A stretch of 61,128 nt of DNA, filler included, from Globobulimina sp. (Eukaryota), in assembly GCA_003354225.1 (NCBI GenBank). It is 13 parts of 13 records of this genome, joined end to end, with 100 filler letters (N's around TTAATTAATTAA, not from the genome) between each part and the next. Parts side by side here need not be neighbours in the genome. Positions count along the whole stretch, not along the records: positions 47,111 to 51,717 come from PIVH01001070.1; positions 51,818 to 56,423 come from PIVH01001071.1; positions 56,524 to 61,128 come from PIVH01001072.1; 10 more parts are not named here. One strand, given 5' to 3'. Below, in pieces: positions 50,101 through 61,128 of this stretch. A program made the translations under genes and the position numbers. Below the pieces are notes generated by a model. The model was not told where the DNA came from and made no database searches. It saw only the letters and a program-made list of their open reading frames with translations. The stretch's first letter is position 1, and the number at the start of each line of letters is the position of its first letter.

Positions 50101-50415
50101 GGATGTATTTGATCCCGATACGGTTTTTATAATTGGTAAATTTGGCAAATTAGGCAATGAATCTTTGCTATTGCTTAAATTGTTTCGTGTAATTGATGGT
50201 TGTGTACGTTGTTGTATATTAGTATTTAAATTTAAGTGGTCCATGATGAGTGACACTTGATTTATTGGTGTCCATTGTTTACAATATTGTTTATGCCAAA
50301 CATATGTTTTTTCTGAGATCTTTCCTGAATTAAAAAAATCCACCAATTGAGATATAGTTACTCGAGGTTTGTCTTTTCCATTGTGAGTATAAAACCATTT
50401 GGATGAAGAAGACAT
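47111..50415 (-). CDS. GYF_2-domain protein with a long coiled coil, spliced, 3' partial
   Basis: WFY...GKISEKTYVWHK...WTPI; ATT|GTTAAG...TAG|GTA join; E/K/Q/L heptads. Confidence 0.7.
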
Positions 50416-50626
50416 GGTTCAAATTCACAAAGTAACGGTAGTTTTAGTGAGAAAGTTTTTTCAAGAGCACTGTATTAAAGGATATACTTATATCTGGATC
50501 TGGATTTACTTTCAAATCAGATGTTTAACTCAAAGTTACACTTTGATTCATAATTTTATGGTATTATGAATTGTCATTTCTTTTGTCTTTAGCTTTTATA
50601 AATTCATTACCTTGTAATTCGTTTCA

Positions 50627-51717
50627 ATGTTACAGTCTGTTCCCGAGTGGGCTCGAATTCTGCATGATGTAGATGCTGATAGATCATTTCTTAAAGCATT
50701 GATGCAAACAAACAGTTCCAAACAAATCATTCACACAACAAATATCATTAAATTCATTGAAGATAATATCGATAATGAAGATACTGAAACATTGCATCTG
50801 ATTGAAAGTAATTTACTTTATTTATCAACTTATTTAAGTAACTTTCGTCGTGATCAATTAGATGGTGGTCACGTGTCAGTACCAGCCTTGCATATTGATG
50901 CCAGAAGAAAAGGTGAATTATTGTGGTTACACTGCAATCTGCATATATTAATAATGAACATTATCAATAAACATACAAATACCAAATGGATGAATCTGAA
51001 CAATGGACGACATGCGATTTGTATATATCTTGCAATTACAATCATGAAAAACTTATTATTAGGACAATCAAACCACGTTTATCAAAAAATTGTTACTGAT
51101 ACAGACATTGTTTATGTTGCATTGCAAATATTAAATTGTAAAGAAAATGAAAAGAATATTACATGGATGGAAAGATTTGCATGTATCACATTAATGCAAT
51201 TTCTAACCTTATTTGATAAAAGAATATTTGTTAAAGTATTAGAAGAATATGAATTAAATATAATGAAACTATTAATAAATGAATGTTGTAATTGTTTCCG
51301 ATTACCATTTTTTTATAATAATCTGAAACTTTATCATAAATATATGTTTTCCATAATGAACCACCATGATAAGGAGGATATTACCAAAATAAAACAATAT
51401 CAAGATATGCCCACGTATATGCGGTCACCTTTTGCGAATCAAAACAATCTCACCCAGGGAATCCATACATTGTCAGTCAACTGTCGATTACAGGCAATTG
51501 CTACATTACGGCGGTTTTGCCGTTCAAAGCCAAACATATTAAACATATTATTTAAAGGTATCACATCAAAATATTTAAAACGTTTATTACAAGTTACAAT
51601 GAGTTATATGAGACAAGGCAAACAATCATTTCCTCCACAACCCAACACCATTGATATTATTGTGTTGTTATCGCAATATAGATTCATCGCCCAAGTATTA
51701 GTTAATGATGTCGTTAT
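50627..51717 (+). CDS. Hypothetical helical (ARM-like) protein, 3' partial
   Basis: More than 360 open codons. Confidence 0.6.
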
Positions 51718-51817
51718 NNNNNNNNNNNNNNNNNNNNNNNNNNNNNNNNNNNNNNNNNNNNTTAATTAATTAANNNNNNNNNNNNNNNNNNNNNNNNNNN
51801 NNNNNNNNNNNNNNNNN

Positions 51818-52420
51818 AAACGGGTTTAATTATAAACTCTGATTCTTTTGCATTTGTTTGCTGCTTCAACTCATTCAATGTTTTGAAACATTTTACTGTC
51901 GGAATAGAATATTTTATGCAAAATTCATTGAATAAATCTTTATTCATAATACATAAGTTTTCATCTTTTAAAATGTTATAAATGTAATTTTTGTATGACA
52001 TTGAAAGCACAAAAAGTTCCACATAATTATATTTGATACAAAAATCAATGGTAGTATGGTACGACATGGATAGAAGAAATAATAGGGATGTTGAATGCAT
52101 TTAAAATATGTTTTATTAAACAACAATCCAAGACATAAACTGATGAACGGCAGCATGAGTTGCATAAAAATTACAAATACACGATTCAATAATAATAATT
52201 TCATGTAAAATACAAATGATTCCTGATCCATAAAGTCCAAAAAGCGCAAAAGGTTATCTTTTAGAGTAGAACCATTTTTTTGTATGGGTTTGTTCCAAAG
52301 ATTAAAAAATTGATAGCTTGACCAATGAAACAAATCGAGTTTATTTTGTGGTGATTTATCCAATAACACGATTTTTATGAAGGATTTGTAATACCGGAAA
52401 AAATGAATTATTGATATCAT
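51818..52420 (-). pseudogene. ATP-grasp-like gene, N-terminal part, apparently frameshifted
   Basis: MNKDLFNEFCIKYSIPT...FIIKPV lies in a different frame from the upstream ORF. Confidence 0.4.
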
Positions 52421-52786
52421 TGTTTTGTATGTACTGAATCACTGCTGATATTTGAGGGGAGCTCGAGGGTTTTTATTTTTTGTTTGTTTGAATTATGATA
52501 ATTATAAAGCTAAATTTATCGATATTGATTGCATAATTTGCAATTTTGAACAGATTGTCCGATAAAATAAATGGAGAAGCTGCACCAAGCGAATTTCATG
52601 AGAATCTCGGCCAAAATCTGTATCAACCAATTCTTGTATATTCTGTATCCGTGGGACCAGGTCCAGGAGAGACCTCTGGTACCACTCACATGTCATGAAA
52701 TAGGGTGGAAGTTTTACCTTTAGCTGCGCATAACCGTCAGGGGAATCAAATATCATTCCAAAACCTTTTTTTAAAGTGCTAGTCAT

Positions 52787-52834
52787 CCATTCAGTAAAAA
52801 CCATTCAGTAAAAACCATTCAGTAAAACCATTCT
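52787..52834 (+). repeat. 14-bp tandem repeat CCATTCAGTAAAAA, about 3.5 copies
   Basis: Directly visible. Confidence 0.85.
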
Positions 52835-53013
52835 GTCGTTTCTTTCTGAGTCTGCCTGGCCAGTTACGTTTAATTCAGTTGTTTCAACAACAAGTGTCAA
52901 GCATTACGAATTATAACATATATATAAAGTTATCTCATCACACAAATCAATTACTAGTATTTTAAGATATCGATACAACACCAATCGGTCCTGATTATTA
53001 TAACATCAGTTAC

Positions 53014-55323
53014 ATGGCAACTGCGTTGGATGAATTCAATGGTAAATTGTTACAAAACACAAGTACCACCATATCATTTGAGAATAGCTCTGATATTTAT
53101 CATATTCATAATAATCTGCCAGATATCGATGTTGATGATCATGACTATGAAGACGAGTACGGTAAACTGCCTAATATTAAACCATTAACTCCAACACAGC
53201 AAAGACGCATATTTGTGACTGCATTTCTGCCAAACAAATGTCCGGAAGATATCACCTCATTAATCTCAGATAAATGGCTCGATCCTGAATTCAAATGGAA
53301 TCTGGGTTTATTAGAATGGAGGCCGTACACACATAAAACAACTAAACTTGTAGCCGACACATATGGCCGTAATGCAAACACATTGGCATCGATTAATTAC
53401 GCTATAAGCAAATGTATGACACGCAAACGGGTATGGCACATATATTTATTTTATATATATATATCAAACCCATCTCATTGCAATACACAAACACAATGTT
53501 ATCTGCAGTTTGACATCGTTTCTATCCGCAAAGATATAATGGAGACATCCCCAAACAAATCATGGTTGGTCTATTTTATCGTCAAAAACATAGCACCAAA
53601 TCTGCAGAAAGGAGTGGATTTATATCGCGAGAAATGGAAAATGCACAACATGCTATATCAAATTGTGGCGCCCAGTCATGGCTCCTTTATCTCTCCCACT
53701 CATTCACATTCGCGCGACATTCGCGTCATGGCTCTACAATGCATTCCCAGCCCACCAATGGGCTTCGAACTGCAATCCTCGATGACCATGGTATCCATGT
53801 CACCCTTATCCTTGCCACATATTATGGATGACATCGACGTGGATGATATCGACTCCTCCTTCATTCTGGATACCCTCTCACACGAATACCCCGAAAGAGA
53901 TGCGACAGATACACGTCGATTACATGACTTGTTATTAGCATTTAATCGCATCCCCAGCACCAAAGAGGTACAATACATTAGCATGGATATTGACCAGTGT
54001 ATGGAGGAGAAATTAGCCAAACGACTATTACGCACCGAGTGTATGGATTTGATACCGCACAATAAGCCCTATATTATCTCCAAAATGATTGACATCATGA
54101 ACAGAAAGGGCGTGATCATGAACATCGTTAACTTGTTTACAGAGCTGCGTATGGCCTCACATTACATTGAAATGTTTAAGCGCAGCCATAATGAATATAT
54201 CATGGATATGGATCTGGATTCTGATGACTCAGAGGACAGATTACCATTGGAACCGTTTGGAATGTACGAGAATGTACTCACTATCTCCGAATTCCTGCGC
54301 AATTACCCCTTATTTGAGACGTTACGCAGTCAATTAAAATACGATTATATCATTCATTGTATGTCATCCACGGTGACGTACATTATTAATAAAGTGATGC
54401 GGCCGTTGCCATTCCAACCAAGGCATATCATACATGACAGTTACACTGATTTCTTAATGTATACCTCGCAAATCTCGCGCTTTATTTATAATAAGATTGT
54501 GAACCAGCACAGATTTAATAAATTTAAATATTTGGACGATGTTATCTTAAATGCGCTGCACTTTCCGTGCCAGTTAGATTTCTTAATCATACCGCAATGT
54601 GTGAGTGAGTATAAAATAAAGCACCAACACCATGTGATTCATGACTATGAGCAACAATGCGATCAGTTGTTATTTAGTATTGGTGGGCAAAGGGTGGATA
54701 ATATTGGCGAGATATTGGGACAGATTCAATTTAAGGAGTTCGAGATTGATAGAGAGCCGGCTCATTTTTATAAGACTTTAACCCGCGGATTTAATAAAGT
54801 ACAGAAAAAAAATTGGCGCAAAAGGCACCAACGCTATGTGTTTGTGATAGATCGCAGGAATCCGACATTTGATGGTAAATATTGTCTGAATAATAATGAG
54901 AAAACGTGGAAGGATAAGTTGTATATATTTTCACCACCGAAATATAATAAGATATCGTCGCAATGTGATATTTTGCCGGAAGGATTTATAAATCGCACCA
55001 TGCAGTATTTATTGCCAGGTCCCGGGGGAGACGCAGGTGCGGTGGATGTGATTGGTGCAAATTGTGTTGCGAATGGATATATATTTTGCGAGTCGTATCA
55101 TTTATATCAAGAGGATAAAATTAAAAGATATTTTCATTACAATGGACATTCGCAAAGATTTACGAAAGATGAATTAAAATATTATTTTCCAAGGTTGTTT
55201 ATGAAAATTGATGGCAAATTTCAAAATGAATTGAATATTAAAAATAACCAAGCTTCGTTAGCAATGTTTAAAGAAATTCAAGACGAAGAACACCAAACAT
55301 TCCATCAACAAACTATGAAGTAA
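53014..55323 (+). CDS. Large hypothetical protein; probable in-frame intron 53431-53508
   Basis: 769-codon ORF; GTATGG...CTGCAG AT-rich 78-nt segment. Confidence 0.75.
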   Translation: MATALDEFNGKLLQNTSTTISFENSSDIYHIHNNLPDIDVDDHDYEDEYGKLPNIKPLTPTQQRRIFVTAFLPNKCPEDITSLISDKWLDPEFKWNLGLLEWRPYTHKTTKLVADTYGRNANTLASINYAISKCMTRKRVWHIYLFYIYISNPSHCNTQTQCYLQFDIVSIRKDIMETSPNKSWLVYFIVKNIAPNLQKGVDLYREKWKMHNMLYQIVAPSHGSFISPTHSHSRDIRVMALQCIPSPPMGFELQSSMTMVSMSPLSLPHIMDDIDVDDIDSSFILDTLSHEYPERDATDTRRLHDLLLAFNRIPSTKEVQYISMDIDQCMEEKLAKRLLRTECMDLIPHNKPYIISKMIDIMNRKGVIMNIVNLFTELRMASHYIEMFKRSHNEYIMDMDLDSDDSEDRLPLEPFGMYENVLTISEFLRNYPLFETLRSQLKYDYIIHCMSSTVTYIINKVMRPLPFQPRHIIHDSYTDFLMYTSQISRFIYNKIVNQHRFNKFKYLDDVILNALHFPCQLDFLIIPQCVSEYKIKHQHHVIHDYEQQCDQLLFSIGGQRVDNIGEILGQIQFKEFEIDREPAHFYKTLTRGFNKVQKKNWRKRHQRYVFVIDRRNPTFDGKYCLNNNEKTWKDKLYIFSPPKYNKISSQCDILPEGFINRTMQYLLPGPGGDAGAVDVIGANCVANGYIFCESYHLYQEDKIKRYFHYNGHSQRFTKDELKYYFPRLFMKIDGKFQNELNIKNNQASLAMFKEIQDEEHQTFHQQTMK

Positions 55324-55998
55324 TTATAATGTGTGATATGATGGTACAATTTTGTATTTTCTTTTTTATGCTGCATCGTGCTTTTTTGCTTTGTGCTGAG
55401 TGGCATGTTATATACTGTTTATATATTTTTTTTACATTTAATGGTAACACTACCACATTATTTATATTCTCTTTGTGTTTTGATTATGTTCCACTGTTTT
55501 TTGTTTGTTGTTTGTTAACGTAAATTATAATATTATTCATATAGCGAGTATCAATTAGATTAGTCTTACAGCAACTCCTGCTCATATCGTCATCGGTGTC
55601 ATTGGTTATATCATGAATTGCGCTTGTAATTGGTGTTGGAACGACAAATAGAAACATGTCACAAGTGGATTTATCCAACAAAAAATCTGATGAATTCACA
55701 AATAAACCACAAATCAAATCTAATAAAGACGAAAAGAATAACGACACTGTTTGTCTATTTATCACTGTTTGTCTATCTCTGTTGAGAGTATGGTTGTATC
55801 CTCAAAGTTTTCCACATCTCACTTCGCGTGTCCAGCATGTTTAGTTAACTTTAGTTTGTTTCACTCTTTCTAAAGAAAGAAAAAGCTGCCTTTGATTAAT
55901 TAATTTGTAATCAATCAATATAAAACCCAACGAAACCTACTGTTTTTATAACCCATTTTGATAAATTTAAATTTATCACTCCCATTGCCCACTAAAAT

Positions 55999-56340
55999 AT
56001 GAATCAATCTCAACAAAGAAGCAGACCGACAAAAGCACCGATGAGGGGCAGAAGTAGGCCGCCTATGGGTTCCAGCAGCAATCCACCACAAATGCAACAG
56101 CAAAATTACAACCAACAACAACAACAACAACAACAGCAACAGCAAAGACCACCAAGAGGTAATCGCAATATTCGTGGTAACCGAGGTAATAATCGAGGTG
56201 GAAGGGGTGGTTTTAGACAACCGCAACCACCGCAATATCAACATCAACAATATCAACAGCCACCATCTCATCAACGACCACCGGTTCAACAACAACCACA
56301 AAGAAATTATGGTGGTGGTAATTACCAATATCAAGTTTAG
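55999..56340 (+). CDS. Q/RGG-rich low-complexity N-terminal exon of a probable RNA-binding protein
   Basis: PolyQ, RGNRGNNRGGRGG; ends at a plausible donor CAA|GTTTAG. Confidence 0.6.
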   Translation: MNQSQQRSRPTKAPMRGRSRPPMGSSSNPPQMQQQNYNQQQQQQQQQQQRPPRGNRNIRGNRGNNRGGRGGFRQPQPPQYQHQQYQQPPSHQRPPVQQQPQRNYGGGNYQYQV

Positions 56341-56542
56341 AAATTTCTGTTTTTTTCGGAAATTTGTCACTCAGTTTTTATAATAACTAATTCATACACA
56401 ATGACACAGACAATGACACAGATNNNNNNNNNNNNNNNNNNNNNNNNNNNNNNNNNNNNNNNNNNNNTTAATTAATTAANNNNNNNNNNNNNNNNNNNNN
56501 NNNNNNNNNNNNNNNNNNNNNNNAAAATTAAGTGATTTAATA

Positions 56543-57499
56543 ATGACAGATATTGTTAATTATGGCCTAAACAATAAGACATGCGATGATTCTCTCAATT
56601 TATTGAAAACACGAATATTTAAAATATTCCCAAACTTAAAGAGGGTTTTTATTTGGACAACAACTGGAGGTCTTCCTATAGAAAAAGGAGAAGATGGATA
56701 TCCAATATATAGTTCTTCATCATCATCATTTTTATCAGTAATTGAATGTGGAAAACCATCGACAGAATATTATGTAGAAGCACATCGTAAAAGAGATAAT
56801 AATCACTATTGAGCCGAGGATTTTTGCTCAAATCCGCAGCATTTCCATCCAAAGCGCGAGCATGGTTCATAGGGAAATATGGATCCCCAGACAGCCAAAA
56901 ATACACCAAAATGACCGCATCGATCTCTACTTTCATCGTATATTTTTTTTACATCCATAACTCCAATATAAATACCACCAATCCACTCCACCATAATTAT
57001 TATTCACTTTTCCATCAAAAAAAGTAACGACTACTGTCGCCACACTTGAATTCCATACCAAATAGATACAATAATAAATCTCCGTACAAATATTATTCCA
57101 TAACTTGATAAAGCTCCATCTCAGCTTTCATCTGATACCTATATGTCCGATGTAGGACCAATATTTCCATTATAAAAAACGGTCCGAATCCCATAGTCAG
57201 TGCTTTCGGATTGGTGGTATTTATATTGGAGAGCTCGATGCGGTCATTTTGGTGTATTTTTGGCTGTCTGGGATCCATATTTCCCTATGAACCATGCTCG
57301 CGCTTTGGAGGGAAAAGCTGCGGATTTGAGCAAAAATCCTCGGCTCAATAGTGATCATAGTATGAGGTTCACACAGTACAGAAACACCAATAGCTTTAAT
57401 AAATATATGTTTTTCTGCACAACCAAAAAAAAATGGTATTTTTACAATAATGAATGCAAAAACAACAATCACTCGTTGAATAGAATGAAAATAAAATAA
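56543..57499 (+). pseudogene. Host ORF (5' partial) interrupted by a MITE
   Basis: Removing 56804-57355 fuses ...KRDNN to HSMRFTQY... in frame. Confidence 0.65.
56804..57353. mobile_element. Non-autonomous DNA transposon (MITE), 550 bp, CACTA...TAGTG ends, AT on both flanks
   Basis: About 115-bp near-perfect inverted repeats plus an inner pair (56961-56984 / 57208-57231). Confidence 0.88.
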
Positions 57500-57502
57500 C
57501 AT

Positions 57503-57925
57503 TTACTGGCTCATAAAGCCTTTGTAATAATTAAAAGCTACATTCCATAATGTTTTTGTTGTATCATTACGTGCATTGCATAAACATTTAGTTAAATCAC
57601 CAATTATCTCAAAATATGAATTGCTTCCACGATCACGTTCTTTTATTAACTTATCAACAAACATCGATTTCTGTTTCATCCTTATTTTAGCTGGTTTTTC
57701 ATTGAAATTTGGTTTAAATCTTTTTCTTTGGCTATAATTATTTTTAATATTCTTATTATTTGCATTATTTTTATATTTATTATCAATAATATCGAATAAC
57801 AATATCCCTTTAAATCTAATCTGGCATTGATTTGGTATAATTATCATATACTTCAATGTCTCATATTTCTTTCTTTGATTTTTCTTTATATTTTCTGACA
57901 CATATCCTTCCATTTCAATACTCAC
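57503..57925 (-). CDS. Possible C-terminal exon(s) of a hypothetical protein
   Basis: 140-aa ORF with no recognisable motif. Confidence 0.3.
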   Translation of the reverse strand: MSIEMEGYVSENIKKNQRKKYETLKYMIIIPNQCQIRFKGILLFDIIDNKYKNNANNKNIKNNYSQRKRFKPNFNEKPAKIRMKQKSMFVDKLIKERDRGSNSYFEIIGDLTKCLCNARNDTTKTLWNVAFNYYKGFMSQ

Positions 57926-58026
57926 AAAATCACTGTACGCAAAGCAAAATATATGCGTTTAATGTCACAGATGTTAAATTGTGAATGTTTGACAAACCTA
58001 AATCCATTTTTTAAACACGATTCTTT

Positions 58027-59304
58027 TTAATCATACACCAATTCATTCTTTTTCATGTCATCAATGTCTTTGATCTCATTCACTTCATTAATTTCATTCA
58101 AATTGTAATTAAAAACGTTTTTTAACTTTCTCTTTGATTTCTTTTTGGATTTCTTTGATTTCTTTTTGATTCCAAAATATTTATCAATTTCCCATATCGC
58201 TAACAACCATTTTTTAGCATTTTTAAACGTTTTTGTGTCCATAAACCACACTCTGTCTTTCTGCTGATCGATAATGTAAAAACCGTTATAGTTTGGGAAC
58301 GAAGACCACACATTTTGTAAATTGTGAGCAGTGGGATTTTGGTTCAATAATTTGTAAAAATGCGCATCATCGCTATATATATCACGTGCCATTGACACCG
58401 ACATAGATAAACTTAGTGAACGTTCTTCATTGTCATGTCTGGGACGAATGGGTGTGGATAAATGTTGCGTCTGTGCTAATTTTGTGGTCTTGCATGCGGA
58501 TTTGGGTGCAATTAAACCAATATTAATGTTACCCAAAGTATTAAATGAAACGCAACCTTTCAGGTTTGACAATGTATCATCCTCAAAATAGAGCAATTTA
58601 AATTGAAAATAGTAATCATTACGTTTCTCGTCTCGTTTTTCGTCATAATTATCATTGATTTTCGCACATAATAACAATGCAAATCTTTCCTTCCAATTTC
58701 TGCGTATTTTGCCTTGTTTTGTAATATATCCACATTGAATCACTCGGTATTGCAATAAATCAGGTATTAATAGATCTAATTTCGATGATTTTATCAATTT
58801 CGGTCGGTAACGCCTCTGATAATTATTATTCGGTTTGGGGTAATTGATGTTGTAATGGCCATGAATACAGGAAACATTATCAAAACTAGTGCCATAACTA
58901 CACGTATTATTATTATTGTTGTTATAGTTGGAATGTAACATAGCGGCTGGATTTTTTGTACATGTATTATGTAGTTTTTTATTCTTTGAAGAAAGGAGTA
59001 GTTCGCTTTTGGCTTTGCGAAGTACTCCTTTTTTATGAACAATAGGTGCAATGCTTGTTGTTGTTGTTTCTGTGTACCGATTACTTACGGGATCCAAAGC
59101 TAGTGCTAATCCACCCATTGAATTTGAGGGTCCGCCTGTGATGGATTTCTCATCGATTTGTTGTGGTCGCTGTCGCCGTTTCTTATCTGAAAATCGCGGC
59201 TGTACATGTTGTAGTGATTTTGCGTACTGGCGTTGGTATAAATAATATGTGTTTGTAATCACCGGTTTTGGGGTACAAAACATTGCGGGGTACTTGGGCT
59301 TCAT
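58027..59304 (-). CDS. PH-domain protein
   Basis: GYITKQGKIRRNWKERF...LLYFED...KGCV...RVWFM...KKWLLAI. Confidence 0.85.
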   Translation of the reverse strand: MKPKYPAMFCTPKPVITNTYYLYQRQYAKSLQHVQPRFSDKKRRQRPQQIDEKSITGGPSNSMGGLALALDPVSNRYTETTTTSIAPIVHKKGVLRKAKSELLLSSKNKKLHNTCTKNPAAMLHSNYNNNNNNTCSYGTSFDNVSCIHGHYNINYPKPNNNYQRRYRPKLIKSSKLDLLIPDLLQYRVIQCGYITKQGKIRRNWKERFALLLCAKINDNYDEKRDEKRNDYYFQFKLLYFEDDTLSNLKGCVSFNTLGNINIGLIAPKSACKTTKLAQTQHLSTPIRPRHDNEERSLSLSMSVSMARDIYSDDAHFYKLLNQNPTAHNLQNVWSSFPNYNGFYIIDQQKDRVWFMDTKTFKNAKKWLLAIWEIDKYFGIKKKSKKSKKKSKRKLKNVFNYNLNEINEVNEIKDIDDMKKNELVYD

Positions 59305-59399
59305 ATTTCGTGTTCTTTTGGCTAATACGAAGTGATGATCTCAAGTAAGAATTAGTGTCAGTGAACACACACATTAATATTAAACCTCACTACAACATC

Positions 59400-60950
59400 A
59401 TGGCAACTTCAAAGCTCTCTTTCAAATTTGTAATGTTGCTATTGTCATTTATGGCTGTACTCTACCTATTGTCAGAACGTTTTCTGCGATATGCCTTTAT
59501 GGCACACAGCGAAAACCCACCCACTATCACCCTCATAAAGTCTTCCACAGAGCAACCTAAGTCCCACGCCGTCGTCACGCAACACATAGACTCTCATGAC
59601 AACAACCAACAGTCGCCTCGGAGAATACTATTCTTTGCTTATTGCAGACATTACCATGACTTCGATGCAAGATTCGCTCAGTATTCCATAGAACATTTGC
59701 CAAACAATGAATTTTACACTGTCAACCTAGATGAGCTGCATTTAAATGAAAGCATGACACAATTAAACGAATACGCAATAAACGCTTACGACCTGACACC
59801 AAACTTTGACAAATGGCAATGGACATTATGGCCAACCTGCGGCCAATACAAAAATAACTTATACCTGCAACAAAGAGACATGATCAAACGATCGAAAATA
59901 TATTTCAACACAGCAAATATGCAATATCCAAACAACAATACTGTTGTAAATAAGTGGTATCATGACATATATTGGCCAGACACATCACATACAATCGCAT
60001 TGTCGCACCCATCGCGCGCATTGATTGTGGCCATGTCAGGTGAGGTATTTTGGGAAGACGAGGCTGGCAAAGGAGACAATATAGATTTTGAACTGATGCG
60101 ATCTCGCGGACATCCTAAAAGCAGCGCATTCACTGGACATTGGTTGCAATGCGCAAAAGGATTCTATCGTAAATCTTATAATCGGAAGGATAGAAATCTG
60201 GCGTTATTGGAAAACGAATATCAAGCTCGGAGTGAGCTGGAATGGAATGGCATTTATAACAATAAGACTGAATTTTGTGTGATGATTGTAAAAACTGTGT
60301 ATATGCGAGGTTCCTACTATCCAGATGCATTAGTGAGGCATGTTACTTTTAAATTGTTGTCACAGCAGTACAAGCAATGCCATTCTCGAGGTCAGTCATA
60401 CATCATTCCAGAGAGTGTCAGCAGATGTGATCCTAAACTGGGTGATATTGGAACTTTTGTGTGTATGAAGCCGTATAAATTTGCAATTACGATGGAGAAT
60501 ACACTGCGAGCGGGGTATATGAGCGAGAAGATATTTAATGGAATATTTGCGGATACTGTTCCGATATACTTTGGGTTGCCAGATATTGGAGAATATAATG
60601 TCAATGTTGATAGGTTTGTGTATTGCAATGTATCTGAAATGAAGATTGGTGCAATGAGGAAAATGCAAAGCAAACATGGTAAAGAATGGTTTTTTGATAA
60701 AGCAAATATTAATCCAACAGATGAGGAATTGATTGAATGGGCAATGGAAGAGTTAAAAGAGGAATTGCAACCTTGTATTGATGAAATAATTGAATTGGAT
60801 AAAAATAAGGAATTATATGTGAATAAATTAAAGCAGTCTATTTTCAAAACTGGTACCATTAAAAAGTCGCAGTTTGATGGATACACATTAGGTGTCGGTT
60901 TTGGTGACATGTTAAACACTTTGAAATCGTATATTTTCGAAGATCTTTGA
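59400..60950 (+). CDS. Alpha-1,3-fucosyltransferase-like glycosyltransferase (GT10), type II membrane protein
   Basis: N-terminal TM helix; YKFAITMENTLRAGYMSEKIFNG...VPIYFG. Confidence 0.9.
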   Translation: MATSKLSFKFVMLLLSFMAVLYLLSERFLRYAFMAHSENPPTITLIKSSTEQPKSHAVVTQHIDSHDNNQQSPRRILFFAYCRHYHDFDARFAQYSIEHLPNNEFYTVNLDELHLNESMTQLNEYAINAYDLTPNFDKWQWTLWPTCGQYKNNLYLQQRDMIKRSKIYFNTANMQYPNNNTVVNKWYHDIYWPDTSHTIALSHPSRALIVAMSGEVFWEDEAGKGDNIDFELMRSRGHPKSSAFTGHWLQCAKGFYRKSYNRKDRNLALLENEYQARSELEWNGIYNNKTEFCVMIVKTVYMRGSYYPDALVRHVTFKLLSQQYKQCHSRGQSYIIPESVSRCDPKLGDIGTFVCMKPYKFAITMENTLRAGYMSEKIFNGIFADTVPIYFGLPDIGEYNVNVDRFVYCNVSEMKIGAMRKMQSKHGKEWFFDKANINPTDEELIEWAMEELKEELQPCIDEIIELDKNKELYVNKLKQSIFKTGTIKKSQFDGYTLGVGFGDMLNTLKSYIFEDL

Positions 60951-61128
60951 AGTTTTCTGAGCTGTTTTTACCACTAAAATGTCAGTATACACTTTTATTT
61001 AACGGAAAGAGCAACAAAAAACAAAAATGTGAGTTCATTTGTGTGTTGTAACTTGTAAGTCATCAATCGAACATGTGGAAGGAAAATAGCTTATAAATAA
61101 AAAGGAAAATATGTATATTTGTTTAGTA

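Noticed and set aside
56676-57502. Paired similar ORFs on opposite strands
   Set aside because: Translations of the MITE inverted repeats

Overview
This is not one locus. It is 13 separate contigs of about 4.6 kb, sorted by decreasing length and joined by 100-bp artificial linkers (44 N + TTAATTAATTAA + 44 N). Contig spans: 1-4614, 4715-9327, 9428-14040, 14141-18752, 18853-23463, 23564-28174, 28275-32884, 32985-37593, 37694-42302, 42403-47010, 47111-51717, 51818-56423, 56524-61128. Eleven contigs come from an AT-rich eukaryote with short GT-AG introns; an EFL-type GTPase and the protein style suggest a rhizarian/foraminiferan (inference). They carry HSP60, a CTD-phosphatase-like gene, TRM6, a class IV sirtuin, a GT10 fucosyltransferase, a C-type-lectin mucin, a beta/gamma-crystallin membrane protein and a La pseudogene. 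Two intron-free, operon-like contigs (18853-23463, 28275-32884) look like a tailed prokaryotic, possibly archaeal, virus. One contig is a eukaryote/bacterial flhB chimera. Most notable items: (1) a complete 3.4-kb DD34E Tc1/mariner element with TA flanks, mirrored 9-bp subterminal satellite arrays, an intact spliced transposase and a second, convergent spliced cargo gene; (2) a predicted SAP-Tudor-like-SAM-EFL GTPase fusion; (3) a caspase-like protease followed by glycine-rich hydrophobic helices; (4) a CACTA-ended MITE whose removal restores a host ORF; (5) a virus tail module with a very short candidate tape measure. All family calls come from motif recognition by eye, not from database searches.
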